This document shows positions 1 to 10,536 of a stretch of 64,000 nt of DNA, piece after piece. This DNA is from Macrostomum lignano (taxonomy: Eukaryota). Positions within the stretch are counted from its first letter, which is position 1. Each line of letters opens with the position of its first letter. Made by a program: the position numbers and the translations under genes. The notes beneath the pieces were generated by a model. That model saw only the letters and a list, made by a program, of their open reading frames with translations. It was not told the origin of the DNA and made no database searches. The DNA lies in NCBI GenBank assembly GCA_002269645.1, contig NIVC01000915.1, positions 56,951 through 120,950 on the forward strand. Reading direction: 5' to 3'.

Positions 1-2290
1 CAGCAGCGCTTGCAGCCACCTGCTGCGATCTCTTCTTCCCAGCGACAAGCCGGTTAAGAAAGAGCGCCCGGATCAGCCGGTCGCAGCGACCGTTGCCGAC
101 GAGCTGCTTGGCGTGGCAACTGAGCACGAATACGTTGCAGAGCACGTTTAGCATTGTAGTCACCACTGCGGTGCTGAAGTACCAGGCTGAAACAGAATAA
201 AACGCCATTCAAAATGCGCTTCTATGCGCCGCGTGTGCGAAGTGGAAGCATCGTGATGCTCACTGGTGAGCGGCACGGACTCGCTCTGAGCAGGCGTGTA
301 GTCGCCAGCCAGCTGCAGGAACACGCACATGGACAGCAAGATGGTGACGCTGAACGACACTCGCTCGCCGCACTCCGGCGGCAGGCGGAATGCGAGAGCA
401 GAGATGGCGAGGAGAAGGATGCTGGGAAAAAGAAGATTGGTTACGTAGAAGGCTGGCCGTCTCTGAAAAGGAGGCGGTACTGTTGCCTACTGGATGCGAG
501 GCGATAGCGTTTTTGCAGCTGTCTATTCGACGGGCCCAGGACATTTGACTGTCCCAGTTTGACTGCCAACCATCTAACCACCGACCCTAATCAAAACCCA
601 TTACCTGAGTTTTTGGCAGTCAGATGTCGGGCATGCCTGATTCGACATGTCTTGCCCTCCTGACCTCTTGACTTCTTGCCTTCTTTACCTCTTGACCGCT
701 TGCCCTCTTGCCCTCTTGCCCTTGCCCTCTTGACCTATTGCCCTCTTGATCTCTTGCCCTCTTGACCTTCTGACGTCTCGCCCTCTTGACCCCTTGCCCT
801 CTTGCCCTCTTGACCTCTTGCCCTCTTGACCTCTTGCCCACTTGACCTCTTGCCCTCTTGCCCTCCTGACCTCCTGACTTCTTGCCTTCTTTAAATCTTG
901 ACCTTTTGCCCTCTTGCCCTTGCCCTCTTGACCTATTGCCCTCTTGATCTCTTGCCCTCTTGACCTTCTGACGTCTCGCCCTCTTGACCTCTTGCCCTCT
1001 TGCCCTCTTGACCTCTTGCCCTCTTGACCTCTTGCCCACTTGACCTCTTGCCCTCTTGCCCTCCTGACCTCCTGACTTCTTGCCTTCTTTAAATCTTGAC
1101 CTTTTGCCCTCTTGCCCTTGCCCTCTTGACCTATTGCCCTCTTGATCTCTTGCCCTCTTGACCTTCTGACGTCTTGCCCTCTTGCCCTCTTGCCTTCTTG
1201 ACCTCTTGCCCTCTTGGCCTCTTGCCTTCTTGACCTCTTGACCTGGACGGAAAAGGTTGTTTCAATACCAACTTACTTGAAATTTGAGTGCAAAGATGAT
1301 CGTGTCAACCGATTCAAAGCCGTCACCAAGGACACGCTCTTCTATAATTATTTTCGGTACGCAAAACTCGCTGCTCTTGGTCAGGTAGGTTCAAGGTCCG
1401 TTATCTGGGAATGAAGCCACCTTGAGCGATGTTACATACCTGCTCTGCATCTGGGGGCTGAAGATCAGGCCGCATTTCTGACTGTCGAACGGGAAGAAAA
1501 GCATTTCCATCTGACTTTTGAAAGTGGCGTGCAGCATCTTGCTGTGATAGACCGCCCCATCGCTCACGATTCGAGCTGGCGTCTGGTTCGGCGCCACCTC
1601 CTTCCGCTCCATCCTGCGTAGTGAAACAATTATGGCATCGAAATTATTCTCAAGGTTTTCCTGGCACGAGCGCAGATACTAGAATAACTGGATGGGCCCA
1701 TCAGCACATTTTGCGTGTAAACTACTTTCAGTTCAGTAGTGAGTTAAATTGAAGCTTTTAATGAATTTTTAAAGCCAGGGCTCATTTATTGACTCTTACC
1801 CCAAGCCTAAACCCCCCACCGCGCCTATCCACACTACCCCCGACCCGCCCCTCCCCAATTTTTATTGCCTTTCTCGGAATTCCAGCCTAAAGTTGCCATG
1901 TACATTTCAGTTTACTGGCTAATGTACATTATTGCTGAACCAATTAGCAAGTTGTTTACGCCTGCATCTATGCATGTCTGTGCACGCCTGGATTACGCTG
2001 GCTTCTAAACTTATCAAATCATTTCAGCTGCCTTTAAAATAGCTTATGTATTCTTCTTTGCTACTGAACTGAAAGTAGAAAGCTGTTTTACTAAGCATGT
2101 ATGCCTGAGTGGCTCATCTCGATATTTTAGTATCTGTGGGCACGAGTGGCTCAGTGTTCCTCGCAACTCACTCAGAGTTTGTTGTCGCTTCGGGTTGCCA
2201 AAGTTTACCGGGTGCCACATGGATGACCTCAATATCGTCAAAAGTCGAGTTGAACTTGCCATGCCACGGCAACCGCGAATCGAACCATTG
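1..2290 (-). CDS. Pentameric ligand-gated ion channel (nAChR-like, cation-type) subunit; partial, spliced, one in-frame TGA
   Basis: Phase-consistent GT-AG exons: 2290-2172 (QWFDSRLPW...LWQPEATTNS), 1613-1277 (ARIVSDG...SQMEMLFFPFDSQKC...SSEF...IIFALKFQ, TGA at 1393-1391), 462-264 (RRPAFYVTNLLFPSILL = M1; PPECGERVSFSVTILLSMCVFLQL = M2; VPL) and 186-1 (WYFSTAVVTTMLNVLCNVFVL = M3). The N-terminal exons are unresolved and M4 lies outside the window. Confidence 0.85.
640..1243. repeat. 8-bp CTTG(C/A)CCT tandem repeat with about 198-bp higher-order period, in a pLGIC intron
   Basis: Visible unit; the variant block ctcctgac recurs at 863 and 1061. Confidence 0.9.
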
Positions 2291-2501
2291 CTGTATGGAG
2301 AAGCGGCGGTTTGGTGAGAGACTCTGTCACAGCCTAAACCCCATCATCACACGAGCGTACTGTGGCACTTTCAAGTACCTTTCGAAACAAAAACTGCAGC
2401 CTCACCTCCTGAGAATCAGGGTTCTGAAAGCAGTCGAAGCAGCAATAATATTTATAAGAGGCTGGATGTGTTGATGCCGAGCCATTGGCGAATGTAATTC
2501 A

Positions 2502-2758
2502 TTGGTGACTGTCAAATTGGTGACTGTCAGATTGGTGACAATCAAATTCGTGACAATCAAATTCGTGACATTCAACTTAGTGAGAGTCAAATTGGTGACA
2601 GTTAAATTGGTGACAGTTAAATTGGTGACAGTTAAATTGGTGACAGTCAAATTGGAGACAATCAAATTGGTGACAGTTAAATTGGTGACAGTTAAATTGG
2701 TGACAGTTAAATTGGTGACAGTCAAATTGGTGACAGTCAAATTGGTGACAGTCAAATT
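2502..2758. repeat. 15-bp minisatellite (AAATTGGTGACAGT(C/T))
   Basis: Direct tandem copies; explains the VTVKL/TNLTV ORFs. Confidence 0.92.
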
Positions 2759-3177
2759 GATATACCAGAGACAAATAAAACTGATTTGAAAAATTATTCT
2801 CGCAGTTAAACTAATATTGGGATTTAAAAGTCAAAATTCTCCCGGAAAGTACAAACTACAGGTCAACCTGTCTGGGTTAGTAAGTTTTAGATTAAATTTC
2901 AGGTTTTCTGCACTGTTTTGAAAGATTTGTCTATAACGATTTTTTAATTCGTTTCAGAAGCCAAAAAATCTTAATCTTTTTTCGATAGCGGGCCCCCATT
3001 GATTCTCCATATCTGCCAGCGACCCCCAGGGTCAAACCTGCATGTAGATATCGTTGCCATTGACAACGAGTCTGTGGGTGTATTGGATTCAGATTAGAAC
3101 TAAATTTCTCTATAAGAGTATGAAGAAATTTCACCTAAAAAATCAACCTACCCTCAAAGCTACCGCCTAGCAACAGC

Positions 3178-6100
3178 ATGGCAACAAGTCGTTACGCCCT
3201 GGCCGCTCTGGTGGCTGCTGTTGCCATCCTGCTCGCCGTCTGCCCGCCGCAGCCGGTGGCCGCCGGCTCCGTGACCTGCAAGCCCAGCCCGCTGGAGATC
3301 GTCTTCGCCATCGACGTGTCCTCCTCGCTGACCCGGACTGACTTCGCCAACTTGAAGAAATTCCTACAGGCGATGGCCGAGCACCTGCCGATTGCTGAGA
3401 CTGCAACAAGGCCGGCCGTCATCAGCTTCTCCACAAACGTCAAGGTGAAGCCTGTCCCAATGTGTCTTTCCCAATGTGTCTGTCCCAATGCGTCTGTCCC
3501 AATGCGTCTGTCCCAATGTGTCTGTCCCAATGCGTCTGTCCCAATGCGTCTGTCCCAATGCGTCTGTCCCAATGCGTCTGTCCCAATGTGTCTCTCCCAA
3601 TGTGTCTGTCCCAGTGTGTCTGTCCCAATGCGTCTGTCCCAATGCGTCTGTCCCAATGCGTCTGTCCCAATGCGTCTGTCCCAATGCGTCTGTCCCAATG
3701 TGTCTCTCCCAATGTGACTGTCCTAGTGTGTCTGTCCCAATGTGTCTGTCCCAATGTGTCTGTCCCAATGCGTCTGTCCCAATGCGTCTGTCCCAATGTG
3801 TCTCTCCCAATGTGACTGTCCCAGTGTGTCTGTCCCAATGCGTCTGTCCTAATGTGCCTCTCCTAATGCGTCTGTCCCAATGCGTCTGTCCCAATGCGTC
3901 TGTCCCAGTTTGTCTCTCCCAATGTGACTCTCCCAGTGTGTCTGTCCCAATGTGTCTCTCCCAATGCGTCTGTCCCAATGCGTCTGTCCCAATGTGTCTC
4001 TCCCAATGTGTCTCTCCCAATGTGACTATCCCAATGTGTCTCTCCCAATGTGACTGTCCCAGTGTGTCTGTCCCAATGTGTCTGCCCCAATGTGTCTCTC
4101 CCAATGTGACTATCCCAACGTGTCTGTCCCAATGTGTCTGTCCCAATGTGTCTGTTCATTCAGGTTGAGATCGACCTCGGCGACGCCACAGACGTGCAGA
4201 GCTTCAAGGCGGGAGTGGACACCATCCCATTCTACCGCGGCTTCACCGCCACTGGCGCCGCCATGCAGACGGCGCGTCGCACCGTGTTTCCGGAGTCGCG
4301 TCTGGGTGCCTCCAAGATGCTGGTGGTGGTGACGGATGGCCGGGCGAACTACCCAGGCGGCAGGCAGGAGGCTCTGGCGATGATTCACTCCGAGTCTGAG
4401 GAGCTGCGCAACAACGGAGTCCGCATTCACGCCATCGGCATTGGCGACATCTGGCTGAAGTGAGCATAGCAACGGTGGATAGCAGCATAGCAACGGTGGA
4501 TAGCAGCATAGCAACGGTGGATAGCAGCATAGCAACGGTGGATAGCAGCATAGCAACGGTGGATAGCAGCAAAGCAACAGTGTACAGCAGCATAGCAACA
4601 GTGGATAACAGCATAGCAACGGTGAATAGCAGCATAGCAACTGTGGATAGCAGCATACACATATATATTACCAATTTTATTGTTCAAAATGAACAAGCTG
4701 TGAAAGTGGAACATCTCGATCATACCAATTGTGCTTTTCTACAAGGAAATACTTGCCACCTGGCAGCATGATAAACAGTGGCCCATTGTTCACTTCAGAG
4801 ACGACCTGGTGGCCATAGCCGGCTCAGATGACTACTCCATGATCAACGACTTTGAAGCTCTCAAGGCCCTGGTGGACAACCTGGTGAAGGACATCTGCAG
4901 GGTGCGCTGCGACGACCTCGGCGAGGAGAGCTTCCCTGGCCAGTGCTTCAGCGGCACCCAGCGAATCGTGAACGTCAAGAGAACGCAGAACAAGGCGTTG
5001 AGCCGGTGCGAGAAGGCCATCACGTACGAGTACAAATACTGCGGTGAGTCAAGTTTAATTTTACAAGCTACATTGCTTTTCGTATTAAAGGCTAATAAGT
5101 CTCGATTTACAATCTAAACTCACCAGGTGACTCACACCTGTGCAAGGACGTTGACGTCCAGGTTGAGGACTGCGTGAACGGCGTTCGCAAGATTGTCACC
5201 ACCTGGGAGGACTATGACCTCAAGCAGCAGAAGTGCGTCCTCCGACGGTCCGTTCAAGAGACTGACTGCAGTGAGTTTTCGCCTTTTCAACTTTTAACCT
5301 GTGCATCCTCTGCGCAGTTCACGCATCGACCTCACTATCTGTTGCCGCATTCCAGACGCCATCGAGAAGTGCAAGGAGCCAGTGGCCGAGATCATGTTCC
5401 TTCTGGACAGCTCCGGATCCATCAGCGACGAGAACTGGAAGCTGCAGGTGAATTTCGTCCACCGCATGGTTAGCAACATGAACATCGGCCCCAAGGCGAT
5501 GCAGATTGGTGTCACTGTCTTCGGCACCGAGGTCTGGAATGACATCCTGCTGGGCTCACAGTACACCATACCCGGCCTGCTGCTCATGGAGATTAAGAGG
5601 CTGAGACGCCGCATCAACCAGTGGACGAACACAGGCGACGCCCTCGCCATGGCGCGAACAGAGATTGCCAAGCGAGCGCGGCCGGGCGTGTCCAGGACGG
5701 TCATCCTCATGACGGACGGCGAGAGCAACCGCGGGGCCAATGCCATCAGCGAGGCGGCCAAGCTGGAGAGCGCCGGGGTCAGCATCATCGTGATCGGCGT
5801 AGGAAACGACCTGAAGAGGTGAGATCGCGATATGTGAATGAGAAGGAAACTTCCCTATCATGTTGTCCTGCTGACAGCCAAGTATGCATCTAACAGCAGA
5901 CAGTCTGCAGGGCCGATGCTTGTATTTGTAGGCCCAGGTTCCAATCTGGGAGATGGTCCAGAAAGGAACGAGTTCAGAACCAAGCAGAAGGCATATTGCT
6001 TCTAAATCTCAAATCCCATTCTTCCCAGAGAGGAGCTACAGGCTATCGCGACCCCGCCGCTCTCCGACCACCTCTTCTACGCTACGGACTTCAACAAGCT

Positions 6101-7148
6101 GATGGACTGGGCCGCCAAGATCTCGGAGGAGACCTGCGAGAGCATCACCCCGCCAGATCCGAGCCTGTGCGACCTGCCGCCCAAGCGGGTGGTGTCGACT
6201 TGCTTCAACAGCCTGCAGAAGGTGACTGAGATCAAGTACGAGTTCGATGCTCAGGGCCGCTGCAACAAGAAGATTGTGTCGCGCACCATCTCGCCTTGCA
6301 GTGAGTGCATTGAAAGGGGAGCGAGTTGCTGAGAGGTAGTGTCCAACTCTCAAATCGATCGTGTTTCGATAGCATCCCGGACAAAATGATTTCAGAGGAG
6401 AATCAGCGTGCTCATAACGCCATCTAAGCGTTATGAGAAGTTTAAGCATTAATTCTAAAAAATCTTCGTTTTATTTTCGTGCGAGCAAATCGGATTGTTG
6501 AGAGTCATACCCGCGAGGCCCACCTCACAGGTTGCAGAGTGTGCAGGAGCTACGGACCTAACGAATTAGAGCAGCTGACATCAGCTAAAGAGTTGGCATC
6601 AGCAGATATCTAGAATATTTTGCGTCTCTCTTGGAGACAGATATCGCACAATGACTGACTTGGTCTTTGTTTCATTTCCACATCGCATCATCTGTGGCAT
6701 CGCATTTCAACTGAATCCCGCAACCCCGCAGAGGTGATCTGCACCGACCCCATCAACGGCAACCAGTACTACGAGGGTGAGACCTGGAAGTCCGACTGCG
6801 CCACCTTCGTCTGCAAGCGGCCAACCTCGCAGACGGAAGTGTTCAAGCCCACTGCTCAAGGTGAGGCGTTTTGCTTTGCTTTACTGTGATGCAACTCTAA
6901 TTCCCTTGGCATTTCTTAGAAAGAGAGACCGGAACAGCTCATTTCTGAGCAGAAGTTTTCTAAACATTTCCTCAACAGACTGCGCCGGAGTGCAGAACCG
7001 CTGCCACAGCAAGAACAGCCCGGACAGTTTCAAGTGCCACGACGATAGAGGCGCGATATTCGGCCAGTGCAGCTGCCAGGCTGCCCAGGGGGGGGCCGCT
7101 GCCCTCCTGCGAATCGTCACCGCGGATGCCAGCAGCGCCAGCCCGTGA
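3178..7148 (+). CDS. Secreted protein with two VWA domains, three 4-Cys repeats and a Cys-rich C-terminus (about 661 aa, 8 exons)
   Basis: Exons 3178-3444, 4164-4459, 4799-5043, 5127-5270, 5356-5818, 6029-6300, 6732-6860 and 6979-7148 total 1986 nt; all are GT-AG and phase-consistent. Signal peptide MATSRYALAALVAAVAILLAVC; MIDAS motifs DVSSS and DSSGS with the T..A and VVTDG/LMTDG motifs; AATAAA at 7263. Confidence 0.9.
3453..4155. repeat. 14-bp minisatellite (TGTCTGTCCCAATG) filling VWA intron 1
   Basis: Tandem copies run from just after the donor (3445) to just before the acceptor (4163). Confidence 0.92.
4464..4654. repeat. 21-bp minisatellite (AGCATAGCAACGGTGGATAGC) in VWA intron 2
   Basis: About 9 tandem copies starting at the donor. 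Confidence 0.9.
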
Positions 7149-7385
7149 CCATCGAGCATCGGGCTTTGGTGAAGCCGCCAAATCCTGGAGCAGCAATGAA
7201 AAAGTTCGAATTACCCAGTTACTAATTGTTGATTTGCACTGACTTACAGAATTCTAGGTCTAAATAAAATTAGTTTTTAGCAATTACTGCCAACGGAGCC
7301 CAATTGAGAGAGTACGAGAATTCTTTACTGATAAGATAACGGGCGGGCCGCTATGAGTTGCAGTTGAGTCACTGGCGGCTCTCGA

Positions 7386-7459
7386 GGTCGTGTAGCTCAG
7401 TTGGTTAGAGCGTCGTGCTGATAACGCGAAGGTCGAGGGTTCGAGCCCCTCCCCGACCA
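7386..7459 (+). tRNA. tRNA-Ile-GAT: tRNA-Ile, anticodon GAT
   Basis: Full cloverleaf: acceptor GGTCGTG/CCCGACC (one T.C mismatch), D-stem GCTC/GAGC, anticodon stem TCGTG/CGCGA with loop CTGATAA, T-stem GAGGG/CCCTC with loop TTCGAGC, discriminator A, no encoded CCA. TTTT Pol III terminator about 5 nt downstream. Confidence 0.9.
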
Positions 7460-8079
7460 GAAGTTTTGTCTGTCCGAAAGGCTAATTATTATACAATTTT
7501 TTAGACAGAACGAGAGCAGCGAGATTGCCAAGTATTTCAGGGGAGGGGGGCTCCAACAACCCTGCTAACTATAATTACAGTGCGATTACCTTGCAACTTT
7601 TGGTCTTACCGATTTACAGAGAGCTTCCACCCCAGGCATTTTTTCCTTCCTGTGTTCTAAAAGGAGGGGATTCTACATGGTTTTCCCGAACTTGATATTG
7701 AAAGCTTCATCTCATGCAGCAGCATTGAAGACCATCCGGATAGTCAATCATCCCCCCCCCTCAGAAAGAGCAGGTTTTCAGTCAGTCCTACTACTGGTTA
7801 TTACTGCTAAGTAGTGTGATGAGCATTTGCTATTGAATAAGAAAGCAATATGAAAGGCCAGCGTTAACCTGGGTTGGTTTAAAAGTACAGAATTTACGCA
7901 CTGAAAAATGTCAGCGGCTCCGGGAGTCGCTGGAATGGGAACTAAAAATGGAGGCTGAGTTTATTTCTGAGTGCTCTCCTGGTCTGCGCGGCAAACGCAA
8001 AACGGTGCGGCTTTTCAATGGGGACTTTTTTGGCAATAAAGATGGGAAAAATGCCTCAAACTGGAAGCGAAGCTGTCCC

Positions 8080-8496
8080 TCAGGCCTTGGCCAGGGGCAG
8101 GTCCTTGGGCAGCGAGTCCACATTGAACTCGATCCAGCACTCCTCCTTGCTCGGCTGAGTTGTCAAGGTGGGGTTCACGCCCGGCGCCACGTGGCACATC
8201 GGCTCCACCAGAATTTCGAAGCTCTTGTTGGCCTTCACTGCCTTGTTGCTGGCCACGTTCCTGGCAGAGGCTGAGAGCTTTAGAAGCCGCTGCTGTTGCT
8301 GCTGCTTGTCAGCTGCTGGCGTGTGCCAGGTGCATCGCAGGTCTGCCAGCTTGTAGCCCTGATCCATGCGCAGGCGGATGCGGTAGCGGCTGGGGATGCC
8401 CGGCAGGCCCTCGTGGATGACGCTGATGCTGTTCTCAAAGTTGAAGCTGATCCACGGCTTGTGGATCTCGCCGTTGTTTGCAACTGTAGGCATGGC
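8080..8496 (-). CDS. Probable terminal coding exon of an unidentified gene
   Basis: 137-aa non-repetitive ORF with GC3-rich codons; candidate acceptor ccgcag|GCC ATG at 8496; AATAAA on minus at 7965-7960, about 115 nt past the stop. No family recognised. Confidence 0.45.
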   Translation of the reverse strand, partial: AMPTVANNGEIHKPWISFNFENSISVIHEGLPGIPSRYRIRLRMDQGYKLADLRCTWHTPAADKQQQQQRLLKLSASARNVASNKAVKANKSFEILVEPMCHVAPGVNPTLTTQPSKEECWIEFNVDSLPKDLPLAKA

Positions 8497-8984
8497 CTGC
8501 GGTGTCTGCTTAGGGCTGGCTGAGGATCTGCTGCTGCAGTTGAGACTGCGCTAACGGCCGCATTCTGGCTGCTGGGATTTCTGCTTATACATTCTGCTTT
8601 TGTCTGTGGCTCAAGCTTCGATGAGGGGTAAGGAATGTTGGTGACAGTTATTTCAGATCTGCCTGTGACTCGCGTAGAGAATGCAGAGACTAAATTTCTG
8701 ATGGCTATTAATTGCAATAGTGCAATACTGGTAGTTTTAGTTTCTGTCTATGGCCGAAATCTATCAATCCAACGAGTATGCTATGCTCTAAAGAAATTAG
8801 GCTAAAAATAGAATTTTTACTTGCCATTTTGCAGATTCCTAATGCCAATAGGCCATCCAGTGTTTCGGGATTTGTGTAAATAATCCCCTTGTATCCTGGT
8901 TTTTCTTTCTGGTTTATGAACTACGCTCGTGCTCTTCTCTGCTGTTCTCTCTGTTCTAACTGCACTGTCTACTTCTCTGAACTC

Positions 8985-9550
8985 TCTCCTCTCCCATTCT
9001 CCCCTCTCTCCAATTCTCCCCTCTCTCCAATTCTCCCCTCTCTCCAATTCTCCCCTCTCTCCTCTCCCATTCTCCCCTCTCTCCTCTCCCATTCTCTCTC
9101 TCTCCTCTCCCATTCTCTCCTCTCTCCTCTCCCATTCTCCCCTCTCTCCTCTCCCATTCTCTCCTCTCTCCTCTCCCATTCTTCCCTCTCTCCTCTCCCA
9201 TTCTCCCCTCTCTCCTCTCCCATTCTCCCCTCTCTCCTCTCCCATTCTCCCCTCTCTCCTCTCCCCCTCTCCCCTTTCTCCTCTCCCCCTCTCCCCCCTC
9301 TCCCCTCTCCCCTCTATCCTCTCCCCCTCTCCCCTCTATCCTCTCCCCTCTCCCCTCTCTCCTCTCCCCTCTCCCCTTTCTCCTCTCCCCCTCTCCCCTC
9401 TCTCCTCTCCCCTCTCCCCTTTCTCCTCTCCCCCTCTCCCCTCTATCCTCTCCCACTCTCCCCTCTCTCATCTCCCCCTCTCCTCTCTCCCCCTCCCCTC
9501 TCTCTTCTTCTCTTCTCCCATCTCTCCTCTCCCCTTCTCCCCTCTCTCAC
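8985..9550. repeat. CT-rich (polypyrimidine) low-complexity tandem repeat
   Basis: Degenerate CTCTCCTCTCCCATTCTCCC units. Confidence 0.9.
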
Positions 9551-10168
9551 CTGCCCTGGCCTCGTATTAAAACATAATCCAGGAAATTCAGAGAAAATAT
9601 TTGCCAACGGGACACGCAGGTGCAACACCTGCCCCACGTGGCTTGTTTGCCAACTTTAACCGAATGTTTGCAGGCTGGCTTGACTTCGTTAATGCACAGT
9701 TGCGCAACTGCATGCGCACCTGCAGAGAAGGTCCCCGGCCTGCCAGCTCAGTGGGGCGACTTTCAGGCAGTCAGGCAGGAGGCTGGAGTCAGATTTCCAA
9801 GCCACCGCCTCTGCAATTCTGTCTCTAACTGAGTCTCGGGATTGTCGTGTCCGAAATTGCGGTGAATGTTTTCTCCGTGCAACTCGATACTCTGGCCGGT
9901 TTACTGATAATGCGCAGTGCCGTATGAGCGCTGGGGAACTGCTGACGCAACTCACCGCGGTATTGCGGACAGAGAGACAGAAACTGCATATAGGGGGAGG
10001 GAGGCTAAACAAACACTGCGACGCCATTTGCTTTTGTAACAGAATGCTGGGCCGTGTTGCGAAATCAGCTTTCTGTTGGGGGCTCGCGAGACTGAGTGTA
10101 ACTGTGTTTTCTTAGCCTGTATTGGCGTCAGCTCAGGTCTCTCGCCAGCTGCTGCAGCTGCGTGCCGA

Positions 10169-10536
<368 letters not shown>

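Noticed and set aside
1405-1439. 35-nt GT-AG intron that might remove the pLGIC lesion
   Set aside because: Splicing it gives AGA TAA (immediate stop) and would delete residues needed between loop B and the DL..Y motif.
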